Shown here: piece after piece, positions 38,948 to 48,511 of the stretch
Layout of the letters: each line of letters begins with the position of its first letter
How positions within the stretch are numbered: position 1 is the first letter of the stretch
Assembly: GCA_038109055.1 (NCBI GenBank)
Contig: JAYNIM010000002.1
Coordinates: 79,759-143,758 of the forward strand
DNA length: 64,000 nucleotides
Origin: a bacterium
GTDB taxonomy: Bacteria; Margulisbacteria; Marinamargulisbacteria; GCA-2716485; JAYNIM01
Direction: 5' to 3'
Notes under the pieces: model-generated
The model's input: the letters and a program-made list of their open reading frames with translations, nothing else
Told to the model about the DNA's origin: nothing
The model's database searches: none
Program-made: the position numbers and the translations under genes

Positions 38948-41737
38948 ATTCACATTAAGATTTCTACAACCTTTTTTATCCTACTAATACCAATCTTCAC
39001 ATTTACCTTTCAAACAAAAACATACGCCCAAAACCAAACTCCTCCTCTTACAAATACCCCCCTTACCCCTGTAAATTCAGAAATAAATCAAGCAACAAAT
39101 CAACTCCCCCCCATCCAAACTCAAGAAAAAAATCCCCCTCAAACAAAGACTCAACCAGAAACAACTCAAACCTCCAATCCAGAAACACCTCAAACTTCGA
39201 ATACAGAAACAACTCAAACAAAACCTCCTTCTAAAAACACCGCTCGTCCCTTAACCAAAGAGGATTATTTAAAGATATTTAAAAAAGCATTTGGCAGTAC
39301 CCCAACTATACGTCAAACAAAAGAAATGGCTCACATTTATATCAACAACAGCAAACAAACTCCTCCCGTAAGAATCCTAACTGAAACATTAAACCCAAAC
39401 ATAAAAATTAAACACGAAGACATCATGAAAATTTTAATTAGGGTATTAAAAAAAGACGTTTTTAATCAACTAAACAAAAATTTACCTATAGATGAAGATA
39501 ACATGATAAACACAGAGGATTTAATCGCCTTAGGATTTAAAATAATTGAATCAAAAAAGCTAAACAAAATTAATCTACTAATACCTGAAAACAATTTGAA
39601 AAAAAAAGAAATAGAAATTAAGACCTCCTCTGCTACCTCCGAAACTGCATTAAGAAAAAAAATAGTCACAAAAGGAAAATACAGTAATTATACAAACATA
39701 ACAATCAAGACAAACTCAAACACCCTTGACAATACTGTCTCAAAAAACAATACGATTGCCTTTCAAGGCCTCTGTAATATTGATAATCTAAAATTACGAT
39801 ACTCAATCAAAAACACAGAAGAAAATACTAAATTACAAGGTGAAACACTGGCATTAATATGGGAAGAATTTAACTCATTCAACATTGAAATCGGTTATAT
39901 AAAAAAAAACCTGTCCTTTGCAAATAATATTAATAATACAATAGCTACAGGCATAGAAATTCGTTCAAAAAAACAACCCCAAAACAACCTGATAGATAAA
40001 ACCATCTCTGTTGACCAAGACAGTAACCTGAAACTCTTCATTAACAAAAAACAAATCGCAAACCTTTATGTAACAAAGGGAAGCACTCGCTTAACAAATA
40101 TTCCATTAACGTCGGGATTAAATAAACTAATTATCAAAAGTTTTGATAAAGATGGTAATTTATTATGGGAAAAAAAAAGTTATGAATTTAAGAATAAAAA
40201 TTCTCACTTTAAATGGATAGGCATAGAAAATTACAGCTTTTTTTTAAATTCAACAAATCAAACGAATACATCCCTTATAGGGTTAACTAGTATGTTTAAC
40301 CTAAATACCCCCTACACGCCTATTATGATATACAACAAAATCTATGAAGATAAAACAAATGAATTAAACTATAAATTTAATTTATATGAAAATACGACAT
40401 TTAAAAGTATCCATATAAACAAAAAAAACCTAAAAGTAAACTCAATTAGTTTATCAAGTAATTACCTCTTTGATAAAAAAACACCCTTCGTTAACAGCAT
40501 ATCTATAGGATCTAGCTTTAATAATAGCAACAATCTTGACACAGCTTCAAATACCAAAACATCCGCATTAACATCAACCCTATCCTTAAAAAAATATAAA
40601 GAGTTTAATCAATCCATATCATATAGCCAAAGCATTCGAAACGAAACAACAAACAAAAAATCAATGTCCCTATTTTATACCATTAATAAAGCAGGAAAAA
40701 AAAGAGAAACATTCTCGTACTCGAATAACCTAGGAATTGCTCTAAATAAAGAACCCTCCGAAGCTTTAAGTCTAAGCCTAACCTTACTAAATGAAGTCAA
40801 AATTAAGCAAAAAAATATCACCTATAGTTTATCCTTAAATAATAATAAATTAAAAGCCAACATTAATTTATTTTGGTATTTCTCAAAAGAAACAAAGTTA
40901 GAAACAACTATTTCAACCAAAGAAATACATAATAACTTTATACATAAAGACACTAAAAATAATTTTAGATTTAATGCAAATGCACAAATAGCATCCTTAA
41001 TTAATCTTAATGCAGGCTTTAGACATAATGATAAGAATATCAATACATCTGGAACATTTCGACAAACCCTTGGAAATTCTGATAGACAAGACACCTTATC
41101 ATTATTCACCCCTGTGGGGTCAATATTTTATGATTTTAATAATACAGAAGACAACCACAACTCTTCCTTAACGTTAACAACAGCCATTGGATTTGCAGAT
41201 GGACACTTCGCAGTAACAGACAAGATCAACAATAGTTTCTTAATCGTCAAACAAGATAAAAAAATAAAAAACACCTCTTTAATTGTAAACAATCAAGCAT
41301 TTAGCCTATTTAATACACACATCATTACCAATCTACAAAAAGAAAAAATAAATAACATATCCATTGAACTAAAAACCCCAGAAAGCTTACTCTTTTTAGA
41401 AAAAACAAATTACGATATCCCTATTAAAGAAAACAAAGGTGAAGTCCTTATCATTAATACGCAAGGAACAAATCTTGCAATCATTACTCTAAAAGACACA
41501 AATAAGCAACCATTAAGATACAAATATATCACTTACTATGAAAAAAATAAGCCCGAAAACAAAATTGACATACTATCGTCTAAAACAGGTAAAATACAAC
41601 TCGTTGGTATTAAAAAAAATACAACCTACATCATCGATTCAAACATACAGAAATTAAAACCAATAGAACTATTTATACCTAGAAATGTGAAAGGAATCTA
41701 CAAAGTACCTGAATTAATATTTAAGGAAAAGAAATGA
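38948..41737 (+). CDS. Outer-membrane usher-like protein (start uncertain; frame open from 38948)
   Basis: Frame of ORF 39326 is open upstream and encodes a signal peptide; plug-like LFINKKQI..LTNIPLTSGLNKL; beta-rich body; TAIGFADGHFAV..INNSFLIV. Confidence 0.7.
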   Translation: MHIKISTTFFILLIPIFTFTFQTKTYAQNQTPPLTNTPLTPVNSEINQATNQLPPIQTQEKNPPQTKTQPETTQTSNPETPQTSNTETTQTKPPSKNTARPLTKEDYLKIFKKAFGSTPTIRQTKEMAHIYINNSKQTPPVRILTETLNPNIKIKHEDIMKILIRVLKKDVFNQLNKNLPIDEDNMINTEDLIALGFKIIESKKLNKINLLIPENNLKKKEIEIKTSSATSETALRKKIVTKGKYSNYTNITIKTNSNTLDNTVSKNNTIAFQGLCNIDNLKLRYSIKNTEENTKLQGETLALIWEEFNSFNIEIGYIKKNLSFANNINNTIATGIEIRSKKQPQNNLIDKTISVDQDSNLKLFINKKQIANLYVTKGSTRLTNIPLTSGLNKLIIKSFDKDGNLLWEKKSYEFKNKNSHFKWIGIENYSFFLNSTNQTNTSLIGLTSMFNLNTPYTPIMIYNKIYEDKTNELNYKFNLYENTTFKSIHINKKNLKVNSISLSSNYLFDKKTPFVNSISIGSSFNNSNNLDTASNTKTSALTSTLSLKKYKEFNQSISYSQSIRNETTNKKSMSLFYTINKAGKKRETFSYSNNLGIALNKEPSEALSLSLTLLNEVKIKQKNITYSLSLNNNKLKANINLFWYFSKETKLETTISTKEIHNNFIHKDTKNNFRFNANAQIASLINLNAGFRHNDKNINTSGTFRQTLGNSDRQDTLSLFTPVGSIFYDFNNTEDNHNSSLTLTTAIGFADGHFAVTDKINNSFLIVKQDKKIKNTSLIVNNQAFSLFNTHIITNLQKEKINNISIELKTPESLLFLEKTNYDIPIKENKGEVLIINTQGTNLAIITLKDTNKQPLRYKYITYYEKNKPENKIDILSSKTGKIQLVGIKKNTTYIIDSNIQKLKPIELFIPRNVKGIYKVPELIFKEKK
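39158..39220 (+). repeat. 24-nt tandem repeat (ETTQTSNP) in usher N-terminal linker
   Basis: gaaacaactcaaacctccaatcca / gaaacacctcaaacttcgaataca / gaaacaactcaaaca. Confidence 0.8.
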
Positions 41738-42540
41738 AATATCTAATACTTATCTCCTGGTTAATTGGAAGTCTCAGCTATGGAACTCTACATCTACACA
41801 TTAAAGATACATTTACAATCGATATCCCGCCAATTAACACCTCTATCACAAAACAAGTGCCTTTATTAATCACGTTTTCTAATATAGAAGAAACCGAAAT
41901 TTTTATCTGTCTCTCTCAAGACAAAAAAAATGATCTCTATTTTCATGATATAAATTCAAATGAATTTAAAGAAAATAAAACAATCAATGAAAAATTAAAC
42001 TTAACCTCCTCATACTCAGCAACCCATATCAATAATACTCACTCATTCCAATACAAGTTACTCAATAATCAAGACACGCCGTTTACATTAAAATCTTTTT
42101 TATTAGCCATAAATAAAGACGATGTCATATCAGGCATCATCACAAAAGATGATATATCTCCAATAAACAGTCATTTCTATGTGAGTATCGATAATATCAA
42201 ACATATTCCCTCCGGAACATACACAGATATTTTCCGAGTGGACTTGTATAAAGGGAGCCTAACAAATAAACTTGACGCAGAACTAATAGAAAGTAAAAGC
42301 ATCAAACTCATATTCAACATCCCAAGCTATACAGAATCAATCATTGAAAAAATCAAAACAACAAAAAACAATCAAACGATATTTATACGCACTAACAGCA
42401 ATGAAAAAATAATAGCTGAATTCAGCTACACTTACAAAAACTCACAAAAATCTATTTTTTTAAATACAGCAAAAGAATCCCATATCATCCAAATACCCCT
42501 CAAAAGTACAGACCCAACTCTCACAATAAAAACACAATAA
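41734..42540 (+). CDS. Secreted protein, putative minor/tip pilin
   Basis: Signal peptide; IPSGTYTDIFRVDLY pilin-like strand; overlaps usher stop. Confidence 0.6.
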   Translation: MKYLILISWLIGSLSYGTLHLHIKDTFTIDIPPINTSITKQVPLLITFSNIEETEIFICLSQDKKNDLYFHDINSNEFKENKTINEKLNLTSSYSATHINNTHSFQYKLLNNQDTPFTLKSFLLAINKDDVISGIITKDDISPINSHFYVSIDNIKHIPSGTYTDIFRVDLYKGSLTNKLDAELIESKSIKLIFNIPSYTESIIEKIKTTKNNQTIFIRTNSNEKIIAEFSYTYKNSQKSIFLNTAKESHIIQIPLKSTDPTLTIKTQ

Positions 42541-42620
42541 ACTTTAAACATGTTTAACCCCTAACCACAAAGGGGTATACCATTCCATGTACACCTAAAA
42601 AAAGAAAATCAAGGAATAAC

Positions 42621-43391
42621 ATGGATCCAACAGTCATTTTTGGTATTATCAGTGGTACCGCTCTATTAATATACGCAATTGGACTAGAAAACGTGATGAC
42701 CATGTTTGTAGATACAAACTCCTTATTAATTGTATTAGGCGGTACATTAGCTGCGACATGTATTCATTTCCCTATGTCACAACTTTCCAAAACAGTTCCT
42801 TGGCTAATGATAACCTTTGCAATGAAAAGAAAAGGCAATAAACATGTTATAGACGAATTTATTGAAGTTGCGACACAATACAAACGCGAAGGCCGAGTTG
42901 GGATGGGGAAGAATATCGACAAAATAAAGGATGGGTTCTTAAGAGATTCCGTTCAATTAATTATAGATAATGTCACCAAAGAAGAAATGCAAGAAATTTT
43001 AGATGCCAACATCAGCTACATGAAACGCCGCCATCAATTAGGCATCGATTTTTTTATGATGGTAGCCACATATTGCCCCAGCTTTGGCTTAGTTGGAACA
43101 TTAATCGGATTAATTGTCATGCTAGCAAAACTAGACGATCCTTCAGCAATTGGCCCCGCAATGGCAGTCGCCTTAATCACCACATTCTACGGTGCCTTAT
43201 TCGCAAACTTTTTATTTATGCCCTTTGCTGGAAGATTAGAAATCTCAAACGAAGAGGAACTATTACAAAAAAACATGCTCAAAGAAGGATTGGTCTGTCT
43301 ACTTGAAGGTCAATCAATTTTCATTATCCGAGAAAAAATGTCCATGGTCCTCTCACAAAAAGATAGAAAAAAAATGAATAAAAAAACATAA
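42621..43391 (+). CDS. motA: Flagellar-type stator subunit MotA/PomA
   Basis: LIVLGGTLAAT, PSFGLVGTLIGLIVML, DDPSAIGPAMAVALITTFYG. Confidence 0.93.
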   Translation: MDPTVIFGIISGTALLIYAIGLENVMTMFVDTNSLLIVLGGTLAATCIHFPMSQLSKTVPWLMITFAMKRKGNKHVIDEFIEVATQYKREGRVGMGKNIDKIKDGFLRDSVQLIIDNVTKEEMQEILDANISYMKRRHQLGIDFFMMVATYCPSFGLVGTLIGLIVMLAKLDDPSAIGPAMAVALITTFYGALFANFLFMPFAGRLEISNEEELLQKNMLKEGLVCLLEGQSIFIIREKMSMVLSQKDRKKMNKKT

Positions 43392-43392
43392 C

Positions 43393-44202
43393 ATGGCTGA
43401 AGGACCTAATTTTTTTGTATCTTGGAGTGATTTAGTAACATTACTATTAGTATTTTTTATCTATTTATTCTCAATTTCATCCATAGACGTCGTAAAATTT
43501 TTAGAAATAAAAAAAAGTATTTGGGGAAGGTACATGGAATACAAACCTGATCAACGCCGCATAAAAGAATCACAAAAAAACAGTGAATTTAAATTAAATG
43601 AACAAAGAAAACGTGCATTATCAGGACCAACAGAAAGATTCACCGTACTAAAGGACTGGAAAAAAACACGAGAGCACATCGAAACATCCACCAGTATACG
43701 AATTGAAACCTTGAAAAAAATAAAGGAACAACAAGAACAACTCATGCTACTAAAAAAAGACTTAGAGAATATGATTGAAAAACAAAAATTAAAATCTCTA
43801 TTTACAGTCGAATATTCTGATATGGAATTAACATTAAGCTTTGGAGACGCTCTATTCTTCAATACAGGTTCTGCATCCATAAAACAAACTGGCGAATCTA
43901 TCAATATCATACTCGCAAACTTATTTAAACGAAACAACAGCGATATCTTTATTGAAGGACATACCGACAATATCCCAATCTACAACAAAAAATACCCCTC
44001 TAACTGGGAACTTTCAAGCGCAAGAGCCTCAGCAGTAGTACGGTCATTAATAGATAAAGGAATAGACCCAGAACGTTTCGCTGCCATAGGCTTTGGCGAA
44101 TTTCAACCGATTGTATCGAACGACAATGAACTTAATCGATCCAAAAATCGTCGAGTAAAAATAATACTAAAACCAAAAAACATACTACCTGAAAAAAAAT
44201 GA
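43393..44202 (+). CDS. motB: Stator subunit MotB/PomB with OmpA-like PG-binding domain
   Basis: SWSDLVTLLLVFF with conserved Asp; EGHTDN, SNWELSSARA, NRRV. Confidence 0.93.
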   Translation: MAEGPNFFVSWSDLVTLLLVFFIYLFSISSIDVVKFLEIKKSIWGRYMEYKPDQRRIKESQKNSEFKLNEQRKRALSGPTERFTVLKDWKKTREHIETSTSIRIETLKKIKEQQEQLMLLKKDLENMIEKQKLKSLFTVEYSDMELTLSFGDALFFNTGSASIKQTGESINIILANLFKRNNSDIFIEGHTDNIPIYNKKYPSNWELSSARASAVVRSLIDKGIDPERFAAIGFGEFQPIVSNDNELNRSKNRRVKIILKPKNILPEKK

Positions 44203-44260
44203 TTAAAACCAAATAATGATGGGAATAACAAAGAATACAAAGTAAATATCAAAAACAAAC

Positions 44261-45712
44261 ATGGAAATATTAGACGATAATAATAATATAAACAAAGAAC
44301 CAACCAACACCACGCCTAACAATAGTGGCGATAAAGAAACTATACCTCCTTCTCAAACAAACAAAATAGTCAAAGATCTTAGCATACAACAATCTAAATT
44401 AAAGAAAATAAAAAATCTTCTAAAAACTTGGAGCGCACATCAAAGAAAGAATATTATATGGGGATTTATTATCGTAAGTGCTCTTAGCGTACTCATAGTA
44501 AACATCCTTCAAGACAAAAAAATTACATTATCAAATTTGGAGAGGGCTGATGAAAGACTCTTAATACAGCGACAACGTCTATTAGAAACACAAATCAAAA
44601 ACGAAATGTCTCATAGCCTAGAAAAAATGTTCGGTCCAAACAATTTCCATGTTGGGGTTATTGCCTTCTTCAGTCTTGTAAATGAAAAAAACAAAGATAT
44701 CTCATACAACCCAAATATAGTCACTATTAACCATGAAATGTACGACAGCTCCCATGAAACAGCTCACCCAGGTCATGAAAAATTATTAGCAATAGCAAGT
44801 CAAAACAACAGACAAAAAATTGAAGAAAATACAATAAATGAACTTCCTGGCATATTTCAAAATATTAACAGATTACCTCAACAAAGTAACCTACCCCAAC
44901 GAATAAATACAACAGAACCTAACACAGAAAACACAAGCTTATTAGATCAAGCAACTGACATAGAACTACCTGGCTTTGAAAATATAAATTTCCAATCTCT
45001 AACAACCCCGTACACATCAGAAACAACCCAAGCCCCCCAATTAATGGAAGAAGGAATAGAAGAAACACATGACGAAAAACAATCCATTCATAAGTTATTC
45101 CAAAATCCAAAAAAAATAGTTAAAACAGAAAAAAAGAAAAATAAAATTATTATGAATCAGACTATATCTATCTCAGAACAACCAAAAGTAAAATTTGAAA
45201 ATTTATATATCTCAGTAGTCATCAATAAAACCATCACAGACAAATTTAACATAAAAGAAAAAGATTTAAGTCGATTTTTAGAAGTCATGGGAGGTATTAA
45301 TCAAACACGTGGAGATAGGTTTAATCTCTCAATTATTCCTTTCAGGGAACAAGTCATAGATATGAGAAGTGCAGGAATTAAAACAAGAAAATTTTTCAAT
45401 AACATTCCTATTTGGGTCTATATCCCTTTATTTGTAATGATCCCATTAGGAATTTTCTTAAAACCCCCCCTATTAAGTCTACTAAAAAATAAAAAGGCAA
45501 AAAAAGAAGAACAAGAAAAAGTAATCCTCTTAGAAAAACAACTTCAAGAAGAAAAACAAATACAAGAGGAAAAAGAATGGAATGAAAAAAGAACCGAAAT
45601 ATTAGAGATGGCACAAAAAAACCCCGAAACCATGGCAAATATTTTATTAGACTGGACTGAACAAGAACTTTCTAATAAAGAAGAAACCCCAGAAACTGAA
45701 AAAGGAGACTAA
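44261..45712 (+). CDS. FliF-like ring protein (RBM3/C-terminal part only)
   Basis: LEKMFGPNNFHVGV, ISVVIN, GGINQTRGDRFNLSIIPF, second TM, C-terminal AQKNPETMANILLDW. Confidence 0.8.
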   Translation: MEILDDNNNINKEPTNTTPNNSGDKETIPPSQTNKIVKDLSIQQSKLKKIKNLLKTWSAHQRKNIIWGFIIVSALSVLIVNILQDKKITLSNLERADERLLIQRQRLLETQIKNEMSHSLEKMFGPNNFHVGVIAFFSLVNEKNKDISYNPNIVTINHEMYDSSHETAHPGHEKLLAIASQNNRQKIEENTINELPGIFQNINRLPQQSNLPQRINTTEPNTENTSLLDQATDIELPGFENINFQSLTTPYTSETTQAPQLMEEGIEETHDEKQSIHKLFQNPKKIVKTEKKKNKIIMNQTISISEQPKVKFENLYISVVINKTITDKFNIKEKDLSRFLEVMGGINQTRGDRFNLSIIPFREQVIDMRSAGIKTRKFFNNIPIWVYIPLFVMIPLGIFLKPPLLSLLKNKKAKKEEQEKVILLEKQLQEEKQIQEEKEWNEKRTEILEMAQKNPETMANILLDWTEQELSNKEETPETEKGD

Positions 45713-45713
45713 A

Positions 45714-46805
45714 GTGGCAAAGAAAAAAGAAATAGTTAAAGAGAAAGAGCAAGAAACAGAAACACAAAGCCAACAATCAAGCTTAGAAAAAGTAGCCATG
45801 TTACTCCTCTATCTTGAAGCAATTTCGCCACAAACAACCAAAGCAATCTACGAACATATAGGAGAAGAAGTCTCCCAAAAAATATTAAACACTATCGCAA
45901 GTTTAGGGAACATAAATAAAACTAAACTAAAACCCATTATAAACGAAGCTCACAATATTTTAGTGGCACAAAACAATATTATTGGAGGACGAAACCTGTC
46001 AGGTAAAATAATTAAAACAATTTTTGGTGATCAAATAAAGGATAACGTAGAAGAAAATAAAAAAAGTAAAGGAAAAGCCTTCGCTTTTTTACAAGACTTT
46101 TCTAATGAAAAATTAATATTATTTTTCGAAGATAATTCCGAAGCAATGGCTGCATTTCTGTTTTCGTTACTATCACAAGACAAAGCCGCAAGTCTCATCC
46201 CATTATTAAAGCAAGAAAAAGCACAACGTATCATGGAAAAGGCCCTTCATTTAAAAATAAATAACATCCCTATTTTATATGAATTAGAAGAAGAATTAAA
46301 AAAAGAATTTTCAAAAACTGAAACAGGTATTCAATTAAAACCAAAAAAACAAATTCAACATTTAACCCAAGTGTTAGAAATGCTAGAAGAAAATCAACGC
46401 ACGGCAATTTTAGAAGAAATGAAAAAAACAAACAAAGAAATTGCAGAACAAATTGAACAAAACATTTTTACATTCCCAGATTTAATAAACTGCAGCGAAG
46501 AAGACATAGCGCAAATTGTAGCAGACATAAAAAATGTAAAAGCATTGGCCTTTGCCACCCATACCTGTGACGAAAAATTAAAAGAAAAATTACTAAATAA
46601 TATCTCTGCACGACAAAAAGAAATTTTAGATGACGAACTAAAAACAATGCCTGAAAACGTAAAAGAAAAAGATATTACAAGCTCACAAAAAGAAATTTTA
46701 AGCATCGCAAGAAAATTAGAAAAAGAAGAAAAAATAGAACCTTTAAGCAAAGGATCAGAAGGAAAAGATAGCAAAGAAAAAAAGGACAAAAGTAAAAAAG
46801 GATAA
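45714..46805 (+). CDS. fliG: FliG-like rotor protein
   Basis: EKVAMLLLYL, IGGRNL, IFTFPDL, NISARQKEILDDEL, SQKEILSIARKLE. Confidence 0.85.
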   Translation: MAKKKEIVKEKEQETETQSQQSSLEKVAMLLLYLEAISPQTTKAIYEHIGEEVSQKILNTIASLGNINKTKLKPIINEAHNILVAQNNIIGGRNLSGKIIKTIFGDQIKDNVEENKKSKGKAFAFLQDFSNEKLILFFEDNSEAMAAFLFSLLSQDKAASLIPLLKQEKAQRIMEKALHLKINNIPILYELEEELKKEFSKTETGIQLKPKKQIQHLTQVLEMLEENQRTAILEEMKKTNKEIAEQIEQNIFTFPDLINCSEEDIAQIVADIKNVKALAFATHTCDEKLKEKLLNNISARQKEILDDELKTMPENVKEKDITSSQKEILSIARKLEKEEKIEPLSKGSEGKDSKEKKDKSKKG

Positions 46806-46826
46806 AAAAATAAAAGGAACAGATCT

Positions 46827-47501
46827 ATGAAAGACACTAAAGAAGAACAATTAACTGCAACTGAAATATATCGGAATTTAGCATTATACACAGCTGACTT
46901 CATATCCATTAATTTTGCGATACCTTTTGATTTAACCAATATTGAAGAAAAAAAAGTAACCTATGAAGAATTTGTCAAACAAGCAGGTTCACTCAGCTAC
47001 ACTAGCCTATTTAATATTTGTGGCCTCCCTTTTTTAGGGTGCATCAATCAAAAAATAATAATCAATCTAAATAACATAATGCTAGGAACCCCAGAAGAAA
47101 TGAAAGAAAGCAAAAAAGAAAACGAAGACGAAGAAGAAAATCTATTAACAGTTGGCCAAAAATTTGTAGGTAAAACACTAAGTACCTGTATAACCAACAA
47201 CATGAAACAACACTATCCATGCAATTTTTTAAAGTCACAAGAAAAATTATCATTATTCAAAATATTTTTTAACAACGATAAAGTCTTAACATTTAACATG
47301 ACAGCAAAAATAAACGACGAAGATATGGGAACATTATCATTTTGCCACATAGAAAATTTTTTCGATTTACTCCCGAATAAATTAGAACAAGAACGGTCTA
47401 GAGAAACAAACACTGAATCCAATGAAAATACAAAAGATGAAGATGAAACAAATACTGAATCCAATATCAATATAAAAGATGAAGATGAAACAAAAAAATA
47501 A
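46827..47501 (+). CDS. FliM middle (CheC-like) domain only protein
   Basis: EIYRNLA...VTYEEFVKQ...NIMLG...LTVGQ pattern; follows fliG; lacks N-terminal LSQxEID and C-terminal SpoA. Confidence 0.6.
   Translation: MKDTKEEQLTATEIYRNLALYTADFISINFAIPFDLTNIEEKKVTYEEFVKQAGSLSYTSLFNICGLPFLGCINQKIIINLNNIMLGTPEEMKESKKENEDEEENLLTVGQKFVGKTLSTCITNNMKQHYPCNFLKSQEKLSLFKIFFNNDKVLTFNMTAKINDEDMGTLSFCHIENFFDLLPNKLEQERSRETNTESNENTKDEDETNTESNINIKDEDETKK
47403..47493 (+). repeat. 42-nt tandem duplication (ETNTESNxNxKDED)
   Basis: Two copies at 47403 and 47445 plus a partial third. Confidence 0.9.
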
Positions 47502-48510
47502 ATTCTATTTAATAATAGCACTACTAACTATACATATATATCTTGTCAGCCCCTTTAGCTGGGCCTCCTCAAATTCAACAAGTATGATTAGCCTACCTAA
47601 TTCAATCAACAAATACAACAGCCCTTTAGAATATGGGATGGGTCTAATTTTTGGCAATGAAAACGATAAAATCACCTACGAACCAGAATGCTTTGCTCGA
47701 ATAATCCTCTTAGAAAAAATAATTTTAAATACCAACATCAGTGATAATAATTTAAAACAAAGCATCCACATAAGCCTCCTATCATACAAAGATATCTCCA
47801 AACCATATACACACAATTTTGGGTTCGGCATCAACAACAGCGGTTGGTACCCTGAACTAGATAACCTTTATAACAGCGTTATAGGCGCATACATAAACTA
47901 CAACCTTGAATACGAATCAATGATTTTTCACCTAGGTCTAGCAAAAAATAAAAACACCCATCAAGAAAAAAACCTCCTCTTATTTGGGATCGAACATTTA
48001 ACAGAGTTTGGAAATGTCGTGCTTGAATGGGACGGAACTCGAGCAAATTTCGGATTCTCCGTAGATCTTATCAAAAACAAAGCCTATATTGGTATTACCC
48101 CCAATCAAAACAAAACCTCACTAAAAAACCAACTATTAACCATAGGATATTCCTGGAAATCTGACCATCTATTTGAAATAGACAAAAAATCTAACAAATA
48201 CAAATCGCAAAAACGAAACTCAAGAAAAAGTTTGAGCATAGGTGCTGCAAGTATTCAAAAAACATTAGAACGCATGGAACGTGGGATGGATCTATACACC
48301 AGAGGATACTACCCATTAGCAAAACTCGAATTAGAAAAAGTAATAGAAATATTTCCAACACCCACAGCTTACAGTCGTCTAGGCTCCATACATTACAAGC
48401 TTAAAGAGTATGACAAAGCATTAGAAAATTGGAATAAAGCATTACAATTAAACCCATCAGACAACAAAGTAAAAGAAATGATAGATTTTGTAAACAAACT
48501 AAAAAAATAA
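47485..48510 (+). CDS. Secreted beta-barrel-like (YjbH-like) + TPR protein
   Basis: Signal peptide; LFGIEH..VVLEWDGTRANFGF; TPR AYSRLGSIHYKLKEYDKALENWNKALQLNP. Confidence 0.7.
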   Translation: MKQKNKFYLIIALLTIHIYLVSPFSWASSNSTSMISLPNSINKYNSPLEYGMGLIFGNENDKITYEPECFARIILLEKIILNTNISDNNLKQSIHISLLSYKDISKPYTHNFGFGINNSGWYPELDNLYNSVIGAYINYNLEYESMIFHLGLAKNKNTHQEKNLLLFGIEHLTEFGNVVLEWDGTRANFGFSVDLIKNKAYIGITPNQNKTSLKNQLLTIGYSWKSDHLFEIDKKSNKYKSQKRNSRKSLSIGAASIQKTLERMERGMDLYTRGYYPLAKLELEKVIEIFPTPTAYSRLGSIHYKLKEYDKALENWNKALQLNPSDNKVKEMIDFVNKLKK

Positions 48511-48511
48511 A

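Noticed and set aside
42621..44202. Zorya ZorAB, ExbBD/TolQR or gliding motor
   Set aside because: MotA has normal stator length with no long tail, MotB has an OmpA domain, and the neighbours are FliF/FliG-like.
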